Positions 27,376 through 36,906 of a DNA stretch of 64,000 bases are shown piece after piece (positions within the stretch are counted from its first letter, which is position 1; every line of letters starts with the position of its first letter). A program made the position numbers and the translations under genes. The notes under the pieces were generated by a model. That model was not told the DNA's origin and did no database searches. It saw only the letters and a list, made by a program, of their open reading frames with translations. This stretch comes from a virus. The stretch lies in the IMG/VR virus record IMGVR_UViG_3300030061_003170, one strand, 5' to 3'.

Positions 27376-27899
27376 GGATTTCTCCTTGAGTGTTGTTGTT
27401 GTTTTCTATACTAATAATGTAACAGGTTCTAAAATGGTTGTCAAGTGAAAAGATAAACTTTTTTCAATCTTTTTCGATGGTCATCATAATGCTATCGTAA
27501 GCGTACCAAAAGCCAAGGGCACAAAACACCATAATGAAACAATCTACTGCAGCCATTTGAACCTCCTTTGTTGTTCATACTAGTAATGTAACAAACCCGA
27601 TAATCCTTGTCAAGTGTTTTTTGTTACTTTTCTCACTTTTTTTGTCCTCCACGATAATCCACGTTCTAACTGTATTCTCACAATCGCGCTATCATACCCT
27701 CCCCTAAGAGACGGAAGAAAATAGTAGGTGCTGGGAACCATAGGCCTTGACCACAGGGGCAAAAGCACGGGGAGTCATTAGGGGCCTTGCACGATCCCCA
27801 ACACCGCTCCGTTGCATCCGCACGGAACCACACGGTTCATTAGATAGGAGAATAATGAAAAAAAATGTTGACAAAATCTGCCGATAATGTTAGCCTGAA

Positions 27900-28095
27900 C
27901 TATTTACTTATGTAATAAGCGATTGGCATCATTCTTGCGCCTGTTACACAGGCCATCGGGCGGTACTCACACAATACACACAGTCCCCCACTGCATCCAC
28001 CGCTCCCTCTCAGACCCACAAAGCCTACACGGGTTCACACACGGGTCTTTTTTGTTCTCTCCTGTCAGCATTTGCTCTTGACAGGGTTTTTTTTT
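27900..28095 (+). ncRNA. candidate non-coding RNA
   Basis: ORF-free; plus-strand TTGACA (27868) and CTATTTA (27900); internal hairpins; plus-strand terminator at end. Confidence 0.35.
28061..28095 (+). terminator. intrinsic terminator on plus strand
   Basis: CCTGTCA..TGACAGG stem followed by G and T9. Confidence 0.6.
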
Positions 28096-28146
28096 CTTTG
28101 CTTGTCCGTCACACAGGCGGTTGCAGGCGGGTGGGGTATCCGGGTA

Positions 28147-28362
28147 TCAGTCCGGTAGGCCATACTCCGTTGCGGGGTCGTTTGGTCTGATGAAATACAG
28201 CATAGAGTAAGGTAGGTCAATCTGTTCTCCTGAGGTTACTACGTTTAGGGTCACCATACCCGCCTGTTCATCTACTCTAACTATCCTACCAGCGATTATC
28301 GTTCCTGTAGTGATAATGTGCTCTAACTTGAGTATGGCTTGTTGTCCATAAAATATTTTTAT
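28147..28362 (-). CDS. 71-aa beta-rich ORF with ATA start
   Basis: GGAGG-ACAC-ATA; open frame IKIFYGQQAILK..IAGRIVRVDEQAGMVTL. Confidence 0.35.
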   Translation of the reverse strand: MKIFYGQQAILKLEHIITTGTIIAGRIVRVDEQAGMVTLNVVTSGEQIDLPYSMLYFIRPNDPATEYGLPD

Positions 28363-28448
28363 GTGTCCTCCAATGTTTCAGTCGTTGATGGTTCTAATGT
28401 CATATGCCAGCAGGGCAATGCAAGCGGTCAGGCATAGGGCGATGGTCA

Positions 28449-28637
28449 TCACAGCACCCTAAGGATTTGGTAGTCGTATCCCCAGACACCGAAGTGATCC
28501 GATGGGGCATCCACCAAGTTACCAGTGAACCCAGCGCAACCGTTCTTTATGTCAACTTCTTTGTTATCGACAAGCACTCGTCTAACGCTTCCGTCAAATG
28601 TGGTGTACTCGATTATGTCTCCGACTTGATAGTTCAT
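28449..28637 (-). CDS. SH3/KOW-like small protein
   Basis: MNYQVGDIIEY; AAGGAG RBS. Confidence 0.65.
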   Translation of the reverse strand: MNYQVGDIIEYTTFDGSVRRVLVDNKEVDIKNGCAGFTGNLVDAPSDHFGVWGYDYQILRVL

Positions 28638-28867
28638 TATTGCTCCTTGGTTGGAAGTAGGTGGAATGAGATTTGAGTGTAGATGTGATAGAACAACTCA
28701 GCAAACTCGGTGTAATCGTCATAGTCCCAGTCGGTGGTGTCCATGTGTGAAACATTGGCATAATGACCGAGATACTCAACGGCTGCTGCCTTGGCTTCCT
28801 CTTCGCTTGACCATACTGTCACGTCGTTGTTGTCCATTGAACTGATAAGCAAAACTACTGCGTTCAT
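28637..28867 (-). CDS. hypothetical early protein
   Basis: Promoter repeat + AAGGAG + MNAVV. Confidence 0.65.
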   Translation of the reverse strand: MNAVVLLISSMDNNDVTVWSSEEEAKAAAVEYLGHYANVSHMDTTDWDYDDYTEFAELFYHIYTQISFHLLPTKEQ

Positions 28868-28942
28868 TTGTCTCTCCTTGTTTAGGTTACACTGTAATGT
28901 AACAAGGTTTGTTTTAGTTGTCAAGTGAAAAGGCAAAGTTTT

Positions 28943-29209
28943 TTAGAAACTAAATGAGTGTCTCGTGGTCACCGCCATTACAGCAGTCGGGTCTTGACTT
29001 CTCTTTGCATCCTGAGAGAGTTTCTTATGTGTTACCCACTTCTCTTTGGCCTCAGTTGTCTCGTAGGACACAAGGAACCTACCATAGAGCCAATCCATTT
29101 GCTCCGCGTGGGTTTGGTCATCCTTGAGCAAGAGTTGTGTCTCCATCACCACACCGTCGATAAAGGTCAAGGTCACGTCGTGCAGTGTCATTCCGTCATA
29201 GTGAAGCAT
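28943..29209 (-). CDS. hypothetical early protein
   Basis: Promoter repeat upstream; stop lies in next repeat. Confidence 0.6.
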   Translation of the reverse strand: MLHYDGMTLHDVTLTFIDGVVMETQLLLKDDQTHAEQMDWLYGRFLVSYETTEAKEKWVTHKKLSQDAKRSQDPTAVMAVTTRHSFSF

Positions 29210-29519
29210 TGTGTCTCTCTTTGTTTGGGTTACACTGTAATGTAACACGGTGGTTTTGAACTGTCAAGGAAAAAGGTAAAAATAATCGTAGTGAGATTTT
29301 GAAATGGGCAGGCTCTCACTCGGCATCACATACGCCCTTAGTTGGGGATTTTCATTTGTCCTCGGTGTTGGGGTTGTCTCGTTGTGGGGTTACAGGTTTG
29401 TCGGTTACAGTCAACTATTCCGACCTCAGTTGTTACTCGCTTGCAATGTGAACCTCCTCGGCTATGTTAGTAATGTATCACGTTCATTTTAGTTTGTCAA
29501 GGAAAAAGATAAACTTTTT

Positions 29520-29726
29520 TCAACCCCAGACAGGTGCGTTATGCTTCACGTCGTGGATTGCGACAATGAGATCCTGCTCTTCAACTTTCCAAGTATCACA
29601 GATAATGTTGATTAGGTCTTGAGCACCATCGGCCCATGTTTCGTTGGATTGGTTTGCTAGGAATGATTGAGCACCATTGGTCAATCGCTCTCGGTAAGTG
29701 AAAAGATTTTCAATCAGTACGGTCAT
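29520..29726 (-). CDS. hypothetical early protein
   Basis: Promoter repeat + AAGGAG. Confidence 0.65.
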   Translation of the reverse strand: MTVLIENLFTYRERLTNGAQSFLANQSNETWADGAQDLINIICDTWKVEEQDLIVAIHDVKHNAPVWG

Positions 29727-29801
29727 TGTCTCTCCTTTGTTGGTTACACTAGTAATGTATCACGTTCAGATTATTTGTCAAGGAAAAAGGCAAACTTTTT
29801 T

Positions 29802-30023
29802 TCACTTTTCTCTCTCGGCAAGTTGTGCCCTTGCGAGTTTCACGAACAGGGGAGCATATTCTTTCTGCTCTACGAAAAGGTCAACCGCATCAATGTGATC
29901 CTGAATGTCGAAAGCATCGACCGTAATCCTGTCTGACAGCCAGTTAGCATCGCGTTGAAGTTGGATGGCAAAGTCAGGGTTCGCTCGGCAAAGTGCAACG
30001 AGCATATCGTAGAATGAAAGCAT
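29802..30023 (-). CDS. hypothetical early protein
   Basis: Promoter repeat + GGAG. Confidence 0.65.
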   Translation of the reverse strand: MLSFYDMLVALCRANPDFAIQLQRDANWLSDRITVDAFDIQDHIDAVDLFVEQKEYAPLFVKLARAQLAEREK

Positions 30024-30224
30024 TGTGTCTCCGTTGTTGTGTTGTTCTCTCTAATAATGTAACAAGGTCATCCAAACTTGTCAAGCGAAAAGGCAAACTT
30101 TTTTGATTATTTTTTGTTTGGCTTGATGCAGTGCTGGTAGACGGTATCGGCAATGATGAAACCGGGCAGGATCACGAGCAGCAAAAAGGAAATAGCGAAA
30201 AGCATGGTTGCTCCTGTTTGGGGT

Positions 30225-30428
30225 TTAGAGATTGTCCATCGCTTGGATATGTCGATACTTGATGGCACGAACACGATACCTGTGACTATACCCTTGGTAG
30301 GTCTGACCAACTTTCCGACGGTCATGGAGATTAGAGACGTATCGGTCCTCGACTACCGCTCCCTTGAGTGCCCCAGACAAGATTTCTTTTTCGATAATGA
30401 CAGTTTGCATTTTAGGTCTAAGTTGCAT
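30225..30428 (-). CDS. hypothetical early protein
   Basis: Promoter repeat + GGAGG + MQLRP. Confidence 0.6.
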   Translation of the reverse strand: MQLRPKMQTVIIEKEILSGALKGAVVEDRYVSNLHDRRKVGQTYQGYSHRYRVRAIKYRHIQAMDNL

Positions 30429-30694
30429 TGTTCCTCCGTTGTTGGTTATGTTCATAATGTAACAGGTTCAAAAGATTTGTCAAGGAGAAAGTTCAAAAAA
30501 GTTTCCAAACCATTCGCCAAGTTCCATTCCTAGGACGATGCAACCAAAAGCACTTCCAATCATAATCAGCCAAAAAACAAGTGCTTTCTCGTAACTGTCA
30601 ATGTATCTGAAAAGGTTCATTATGTCTCCTTGTTTGGGTTACACTGTAATGTAACAAGGTAGGAATAATCTGTCAAGGAAAAAGGCAAACTTTT

Positions 30695-31054
30695 TTAGTT
30701 TTTTTCTACGCTTCCCGACAGACCGCCATCAATGACCCTTAGCCCCGGTTTAGGTTCCTCCACCGGTGGGGATAACTCTTCAATAAGATTATCAACAATG
30801 TCGCGAACGCGGGAGGTTACCAAGTCATCCAAGGCTTTGAGTGTCTCCTCGAAAATCTCAAGGTCTTGCTCGACTAACTTCGTTTGCAACTGGCCCTCTC
30901 GCTCTCTCCGGCTTTCATAGATTTCTTCGCATCCATCGAAGATTTCATCATTATGTTGTGCTCGTAGGGTGCTGATGTATTTCCAAGTCAGCAGAAACAA
31001 TCCATAGTCGCTGATTGCAGCGAGATTGTCGGCTAGGTCTCTGGGGTTACGCAT
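30695..31054 (-). CDS. hypothetical protein
   Basis: GGAG RBS, MRNPR; C-terminal LRVIDGG. Confidence 0.6.
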   Translation of the reverse strand: MRNPRDLADNLAAISDYGLFLLTWKYISTLRAQHNDEIFDGCEEIYESRREREGQLQTKLVEQDLEIFEETLKALDDLVTSRVRDIVDNLIEELSPPVEEPKPGLRVIDGGLSGSVEKN

Positions 31055-31220
31055 AACTACTCTCCGAGATGTAACCGTCAAACCAGTCAAGGCCTGAAGT
31101 GCTGGGGTCGTTACAGTGTTCTTGTGCTTCCTCTAAGGTCACTCCTGCTTTGATAACTTGACTAGGGCCGTCTCTGTGGTAGCGGATGATAAGATACATG
31201 GATGCTCCTGTGTGGGGGTG

Positions 31221-31858
31221 TGGTAGTAATGTAACAGGTTGATTTTAGTTTGTCAAGGAAAATGGTAAACTTTTTTAGATTGTGCTCCTACTGTAAAACT
31301 TTTCTCTTTGTTCTTCCTCTCGTTTCTTTCGAGCAGTATGAACGGTTTTTGGTGCCCTAAGGGGTAGTTTTTTTATCTCTCTGAGAGGGACACAAAAGTG
31401 TCTAGCGCATCTATCTACCAACTTATGATAAGAGCCTGATTTTTTCGAGTTAGACCAGTCAAAAAGTCTCTTGGTTTCAATACCGATTTTTTTTCCAACC
31501 CGAATAACACCGTCGCTTTCCCTGATAAAATCGTATTCATGGCCAACTTGATAAAGGTCGTCAGCGTTTGATTGACATTTCTTGATGATCTCACGTCTTA
31601 GCATTTCACCGCAATCCTCTCTCGTTACTGCCGTATCATTGCATTTCAAAAACATCATTAGAAAATCTTCACGCGAAAATGCAGGAGTGCCCACCGTTGT
31701 TATGTTGCCTGTTGAGAATGAAGTTGCTATTTTGTCGGGTGCGCCAATCTGCGAGGACCAAGTGATAAAAAGTTTTCCCATTGTTTCTCCGTTATGTGGG
31801 TATGGTAGTAATGTAACAGGTTGATTTTAGTTTGTCAAGGAAAATGGTAAACTTTTTT
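31221..31858. repeat. perfect 56-bp direct repeat pair (31221-31276, 31803-31858) flanking one ORF
   Basis: TGGTAGTAATGTAACAGGTTGATTTTAGTTTGTCAAGGAAAATGGTAAACTTTTTT identical in both copies. Confidence 0.9.
31275..31781 (-). CDS. hypothetical early protein
   Basis: 168 aa between identical promoter repeats. Confidence 0.65.
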   Translation of the reverse strand: MGKLFITWSSQIGAPDKIATSFSTGNITTVGTPAFSREDFLMMFLKCNDTAVTREDCGEMLRREIIKKCQSNADDLYQVGHEYDFIRESDGVIRVGKKIGIETKRLFDWSNSKKSGSYHKLVDRCARHFCVPLREIKKLPLRAPKTVHTARKKREEEQREKFYSRSTI

Positions 31859-32160
31859 TATGTTTCGATTACTTCCTCGAACAATGCGGTGACAGCAGCA
31901 AATAACTCGTCCGTGCTTTCGTAGTCATTATCTTTCCATCCGTCATAGTGATGTTCGCCCATATATTTCACGCAATCCACAACTTTAGGGCCGAATAGAG
32001 CGTGTAGTTGCTGTATTTTTGGTATGTCGCGTGTTTGCATAACATAGTTGAATGCTTTCACAAAAGCCTCTCTACCCTCGAACGATAGGGTGTCTGTATC
32101 AACAGACCGTAGGTAACTAATCAAAACGTCCAGTTGACCTTGGGTTATTGCTTGGCTCAT
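31858..32160 (-). CDS. hypothetical protein
   Basis: MSQAI start coupled to upstream stop. Confidence 0.6.
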   Translation of the reverse strand: MSQAITQGQLDVLISYLRSVDTDTLSFEGREAFVKAFNYVMQTRDIPKIQQLHALFGPKVVDCVKYMGEHHYDGWKDNDYESTDELFAAVTALFEEVIET

Positions 32161-32471
32161 TGGCCCCCCAACAGTTGACCAACGCGGGCCTGTGCTGGGT
32201 GCATAACACACTTGCTTGGAAGTTTTCGCTTTATCATCCCAACGTGCTTGGACGTGGTGCTTGAGATATATTCGCCCGAAGCGGTGAAGTCGAACACCAA
32301 GAAGCCGCAACCCTCATCATATCGAGCGATGAGTTGGTTGTAAGACCGCAAGAACCCTCGCGGGGGGAGTGTGCCCATCTGTGGGTAGTGGGTAGAAGTC
32401 AGGCTCAAACCATAGGCATCACGGCCATCAAGGAATGCTTTGATTACTTCTGCGTTTGTTGCTCTAGCCAT
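32157..32471 (-). CDS. hypothetical phage protein
   Basis: LRSYNQLIARY..SSTTSKH; AGGAGG RBS. Confidence 0.65.
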   Translation of the reverse strand: MARATNAEVIKAFLDGRDAYGLSLTSTHYPQMGTLPPRGFLRSYNQLIARYDEGCGFLVFDFTASGEYISSTTSKHVGMIKRKLPSKCVMHPAQARVGQLLGGQ

Positions 32472-32577
32472 TGTGTCCTCCTAGGACTGTTGTGTTGTTG
32501 TTGTTGTTGATTATGTTCATAATGTAACAAGGTGGTTCTAACTTGTCAAGGAAAATGGTAAACTTTTTTTTTGTTTT

Positions 32578-32775
32578 TTAGTTGGCTCCGGGTATCTCGC
32601 GATAGTCAAGAAAGGTATCAGATGCTGGTATTGAGAAAGGCCCGTCTGGTCCGACAAACTTTGCAAGTCTCCAATCCACCCCTCTCCGTCGAGTGTTCTG
32701 GTATCCCCTAAACATCGCAACTATCCATTTCTTGTCTTTCTTTACGGCATACAGATTTCCCTCTACTAACCCCAT
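32578..32775 (-). CDS. small hypothetical protein
   Basis: ORF overlapping upstream gene end. Confidence 0.5.
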   Translation of the reverse strand: MGLVEGNLYAVKKDKKWIVAMFRGYQNTRRRGVDWRLAKFVGPDGPFSIPASDTFLDYREIPGAN

Positions 32776-33143
32776 CCTTTCGTCTCTCTAATCATTTTTG
32801 CTATCTCCTGTCTGTTTGGACCATTTGTCACTTGTTGAGTATCAGCAAGCAAGAAGTCCGGAAACTCCGAAAGTCTCTCGACTAAACCGATCAGTCTACT
32901 CTTGCAATCAATCATACGTCCCCCAGCCCATCGGGGCATTATGGTTGCTATGCTCTTACCAGTAAGTAGATGGGTTGCCACATATCCCCTAGTGTTCGGG
33001 GCATTGTCAATAATCCATTTCTCCCCTCTCTGTTTCATTCTGCGGTGAATGGCGAACGGATAGACAATCTTGCACCGTAAAGGCACTGTAACAGTCTTGT
33101 CGCCTGTCACTAGCATCGTAATGTTGTGGATGGGTGCTGGCAT
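32766..33143 (-). CDS. hypothetical protein
   Basis: GGAG RBS. Confidence 0.6.
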   Translation of the reverse strand: MPAPIHNITMLVTGDKTVTVPLRCKIVYPFAIHRRMKQRGEKWIIDNAPNTRGYVATHLLTGKSIATIMPRWAGGRMIDCKSRLIGLVERLSEFPDFLLADTQQVTNGPNRQEIAKMIRETKGWG

Positions 33144-33200
33144 AATCGCTCCATATATGCGTTCTAACGTATGGGTAGGTGGGTACTAGGGTGTTACCCC

Positions 33201-34418
33201 CTAGTCGATTGCAATCACGCGTTCACGGGTCTGGAAGTATTGTCGCTGGATGCATTCTGGTGTGGTCATCCACATACGCTGGCACTTTGACGGAACAGGC
33301 TTTGGGGCCTCCATGTCTGTAAGTACGATGTGACCGTCAAACTGTCGCTCATTGACCCAACGAGTAGGAGCATTGAAGTCGGTCCCACCGAAAGATACAC
33401 GCTCCCAAGACCTGCGCTTGCCCTTTTTCCAAACAAAAACCTCTGCTTCCTGTACCTCGGTATCAAAGGGAATAACGGTAAACTCGGCATACTTGGCTAG
33501 ACCCTCCAGTTCAGAGAAGAATGAAGCCAACATAGTATCCGAGACAGAGCCGGACTGGTCGATGCTGATAGCAATCTTAGCGGTCCGGGTAACTCTCTTG
33601 CCGGCATGGATGTACGGAAAACGCTTGTTGATGCGACGAACGGTTGACCGCTTACTAGCACGCTGCGATGTTTTGATGAAGTAACGAAGCACAGACCGCC
33701 AGTTTACGCGAGGGGTAATCATTTCTTGTATCTGCTTTCGACAGGCTGCCGACACAGTACCCCAACCGCGACCACCAGCATTGACTTCCTCGCTGGCCTT
33801 ACGGACGGCATCCTTGAGACGTTCCTCAGCCAGAGCACGAGTCTCTTGGTCAACCTCGCCCCAGCCTGAGTGATCATCAAGGCTATCAGGCAGGCCACCA
33901 CCGCCTTGGCCATCGCCCGGTTCACCGTCGCCATCACCTTGACCTTGGCCGTCGCCATCACCATCATCGGGCTTGAACTGATCGTCATTCTGAAGTTTTG
34001 AGAAATACCATTCTGCCGACTGTTCTGCCGGGTATTCTTCGAACGGTGCAACACCGGGGATACACCCGCCCTCTGGTAGTTCCTCGGCAATGAAACTGTT
34101 GATAGCAAGGTCAGTCGCTACGTTCCACATTTTAGACATACCCTCGGTAGGTAGGCGACCAGTGACGTGCTGAAAAATCAAGTGATAAAACTCGTGCTTG
34201 AGAACACCGCGTTGTTGCACTGGAGTGAGATCCTCGAAGAACGCGGGATTGTACACCATTTCAAACTGACCAGTGTTCTTGTTGATCTTGACACCAGCAG
34301 TTGGAATAGCAGTAGTTGATGACTTGTGGATGCGACGAGAGAGTGCAGCGAAGAATGGTTCATTCTGTAGCAGTTGCCACGTCACTTTGTTCAAGTCAAA
34401 TGGTTGGTTGGTAGTCAT
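33201..34418 (-). CDS. metallopeptidase (HEXXH) + vWA protein (DUF2201-like), MoxR partner
   Basis: VLKHEFYH, NVATDLAIN, LDDHSGW, IDQSGS, GGTDF, LTD. Confidence 0.88.
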   Translation of the reverse strand: MTTNQPFDLNKVTWQLLQNEPFFAALSRRIHKSSTTAIPTAGVKINKNTGQFEMVYNPAFFEDLTPVQQRGVLKHEFYHLIFQHVTGRLPTEGMSKMWNVATDLAINSFIAEELPEGGCIPGVAPFEEYPAEQSAEWYFSKLQNDDQFKPDDGDGDGQGQGDGDGEPGDGQGGGGLPDSLDDHSGWGEVDQETRALAEERLKDAVRKASEEVNAGGRGWGTVSAACRKQIQEMITPRVNWRSVLRYFIKTSQRASKRSTVRRINKRFPYIHAGKRVTRTAKIAISIDQSGSVSDTMLASFFSELEGLAKYAEFTVIPFDTEVQEAEVFVWKKGKRRSWERVSFGGTDFNAPTRWVNERQFDGHIVLTDMEAPKPVPSKCQRMWMTTPECIQRQYFQTRERVIAID

Positions 34419-34510
34419 TCAGACCTCCAATGTTTGATGGTTACACAAGTAATGTATCACGCTGCTGTGATTTGTCAAGTAAAATGGCAAAGAAAAATGA
34501 ATAAAAGTGA

Positions 34511-34535
34511 ATGACCCCGGACTAGCCGGGGTCAT
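34511..34535 (-). terminator. 10-bp perfect hairpin after AAA gene
   Basis: ATGACCCCGG-N5-CCGGGGTCAT followed by T-rich tract on minus strand. Confidence 0.7.
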
Positions 34536-34542
34536 CAGCCAC

Positions 34543-35604
34543 TTACTTCTTGGTGGCTAACACTTCCATCATGAACTCCTTGACAGTCGGCAGGTCAGGA
34601 CCGAGATCAACTTTGTGGATACCACCGGCATTCTCGATAGCCTTTTCGCCACTGGTGATGTGCTTCCACAGGTTCATCGCTAACTCAGATGGCAACTGGA
34701 CCATGTACGTGGCAATGTTGACACGTTGGTTCTCGTCTAGTTCGGCATCGAAGCACTTTTGCTGTACCATACTCTCGATAAGAGCGTTGTGGTCGTTGAT
34801 CTTGAAGTCAACAACAAGGTCGTGCTTGCCGTCATCAATGATGTCCTCTGGGGTAACGATGGCCTTGTAGTTATCAACAAAGTCACGGAGAGCAACGGCA
34901 GCCTCGAAGCCGACAAAAGAACTGGCAACGTGGTACAGAGTTGGGGTCGCTTCGATTTTGCCGAGACCAGCGAGGGCCTTGTCCAATCGCTCCCAAGAAC
35001 GACGAGACGGATAGACCTTGTTAGGCTCGTAATCATCGGTGTGCTCAAGGTGCTGGTGATTGTTGTTGATGAAGTCCCAAACAACTTGCGATACACGACC
35101 ATCAGCCCAAGAGAGCCAGTCCTCGATAGTAGGGGACACGTCGAACACGGTGTAACGGTCTAGTTCAGCAGGGTCCATTTCACCAACCTGATACTGAGCA
35201 CCGTGTTCACCACCATTGACGGCAGCGAAGATAAGGGTGTCGGGGTGCAGTCTCTGACCAGCAATCTTGCGACTGTCGCACAACTCGAAGATACCTTGAC
35301 GTACCTCCATCGTAGCACGGTCAACCTCATCCAAGAACAGGATGACCGCTTCGTTGCAAGCGGTGGCAAGCCATTCTGGTGGTAGCCAAGTAGTGACATT
35401 GCCCTCGACCTTGGGCAGACCAAGCAAGTCACCCTCAGTCATCTGAGAAGCACGTCGTTCTACGACAGGGAGATCACGCTCTTCAGCATACTGATAGACG
35501 ATGGTAGACTTACCGATACCGTGACGGCCACGGATAAGTACAGGGTAGCGTGCATCAGTGATGACAGGCAGGACATTGAGCATAGTTTTGAAGTCGATTG
35601 ACAT
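34543..35604 (-). CDS. MoxR-like AAA+ ATPase
   Basis: GRHGIGKS Walker A, LFLDEVDRA Walker B, AAVN, DPAELDR, PSRRSW. Confidence 0.9.
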   Translation of the reverse strand: MSIDFKTMLNVLPVITDARYPVLIRGRHGIGKSTIVYQYAEERDLPVVERRASQMTEGDLLGLPKVEGNVTTWLPPEWLATACNEAVILFLDEVDRATMEVRQGIFELCDSRKIAGQRLHPDTLIFAAVNGGEHGAQYQVGEMDPAELDRYTVFDVSPTIEDWLSWADGRVSQVVWDFINNNHQHLEHTDDYEPNKVYPSRRSWERLDKALAGLGKIEATPTLYHVASSFVGFEAAVALRDFVDNYKAIVTPEDIIDDGKHDLVVDFKINDHNALIESMVQQKCFDAELDENQRVNIATYMVQLPSELAMNLWKHITSGEKAIENAGGIHKVDLGPDLPTVKEFMMEVLATKK

Positions 35605-35912
35605 AAGTAACCTCGCGGTTTTGGGTTGTTGTTTAGATTGTGTCTATATTATAACTAGTTTGAAAAGGTTTGTCAAGGAAAAAGATAAACTTTTTTTCAA
35701 GGTCTAACTTTCTTTCGGCAGGCTCGACGACTGCTTTCCTTGCGCTTGTCCTTGTGCCTACCAGCACCGGATCGTTGAAAGGCAGCAACAGCAACAAGGT
35801 TCCTGTTCTTCAGTGTTTTTGTCTTTTTCTTTTTCATTGTTCCCTCCGTTGATGTTAGTAATGTATCACGGTATTTAGATTTGTCAAGGAAAAAGATAAA
35901 GTTTTTTTGAGA

Positions 35913-36110
35913 TTATGCTATGACTTCGAGCGAACGGATGTTTACCCAAGTGCAAAGTGCTCCAGTTGGGCGGTTGAGCCATCTTACCTTTGCTTGCACA
36001 CAGGTTGTATCGACAACTAGGGCTAAGTATTGTCTATCAGTAAATCCATTCCTATCCACCCAACCGTATCTTACAAGATCCCCGACCCTTATCAAGTCGC
36101 CTATTTGCAT
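35913..36110 (-). CDS. SH3/KOW-like mini-protein
   Basis: MQIGDLIRVGDLV..LEVIA. Confidence 0.7.
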   Translation of the reverse strand: MQIGDLIRVGDLVRYGWVDRNGFTDRQYLALVVDTTCVQAKVRWLNRPTGALCTWVNIRSLEVIA

Positions 36111-36277
36111 ACTACCTCCAAGTCACGATTATCAGCCCCCCATCGCTGGCCAGTATCAATATAAGAGATCAGCCAATCGAATGAAGTTCCAATGGTTGTA
36201 ACATAATCCTTAGCAAGGATAATCGCTATTCTTCTTTTGCTGATTGAGCGATCAATAACTAAATCACCTACTTGCAT
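36101..36277 (-). CDS. SH3/KOW-like mini-protein (58 aa, not in track)
   Basis: MQVGDLVIDRSISKRRIAII..DLEVVCK*. Confidence 0.7.
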   Translation of the reverse strand: MQVGDLVIDRSISKRRIAIILAKDYVTTIGTSFDWLISYIDTGQRWGADNRDLEVVCK

Positions 36278-36447
36278 ATCTTCTCCAGTTGTTCAGGGTA
36301 TTTCCAGTTTGAACAATCTCCAACTAACCAACGAACTTTCAAGACAAGCGCGAGGTGGTCATTGAAACTTGTCTCTGTAATAATCCCGATGACAAGGGGT
36401 GTATTGTCACGATAGGTTATGTTTCTTACTAAATCGCCTACTTGCAT
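36268..36447 (-). CDS. SH3/KOW-like mini-protein (59 aa, not in track)
   Basis: MQVGDLVRNI..IGIITE..KVRWL..QLEKICK*. Confidence 0.7.
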   Translation of the reverse strand: MQVGDLVRNITYRDNTPLVIGIITETSFNDHLALVLKVRWLVGDCSNWKYPEQLEKICK

Positions 36448-36529
36448 TGTGTCTCCTTGTTTGTGTTACATAGGTAGTGTATCACGGTAGTAGGATTTGT
36501 CAAGAAAAAAGATAAAGTTTTTTTTGAGA

Positions 36530-36700
36530 TTATGCTACGACTTCGATTGCTTCGAAGTATACCCAACTTGAAAAAGTATCACCAGACGGAGAAGTGAACC
36601 AGTGAACATTAGCCTGAACACAGGTCGTATCAAGTACAAGGCCCAAGCGAGCAACAAAGTTAGGGTCAGGTCTGAGTGTTACTAAATCGCCTACTTGCAT
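36530..36700 (-). CDS. SH3/KOW-like mini-protein
   Basis: MQVGDLVTL..LGLVLD..VHWF..IEVVA*. Confidence 0.7.
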   Translation of the reverse strand: MQVGDLVTLRPDPNFVARLGLVLDTTCVQANVHWFTSPSGDTFSSWVYFEAIEVVA

Positions 36701-36906
36701 ACTAACTCCAACTCGTGCCATACGAACCATTCAAGGTTCTCTCCATCTATGTGTATCTTGAACAGTGTGCAGGGGGTCGGCTCTATGTGGTCATCCTTGG
36801 CCTCAATGATAATACCTATCTTGCCCTTGTAATGCTTTGCGTTGCTGGGGCCGAGAACGTAGGGCAAACGCTCTTCGTTGAACTTTACTAATGAACCTAC
36901 ATTCAT
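36691..36906 (-). CDS. SH3/KOW-like mini-protein
   Basis: MNVGSLVKF..IGIIIE..ELELVCK*. Confidence 0.7.
   Translation of the reverse strand: MNVGSLVKFNEERLPYVLGPSNAKHYKGKIGIIIEAKDDHIEPTPCTLFKIHIDGENLEWFVWHELELVCK

Noticed and set aside
27855-27887. 10-codon plus-strand ORF MKKNVDKICR with AGGAG
   Set aside because: Too short to support; it coincides with an A-tract/TTGACA promoter-like element.
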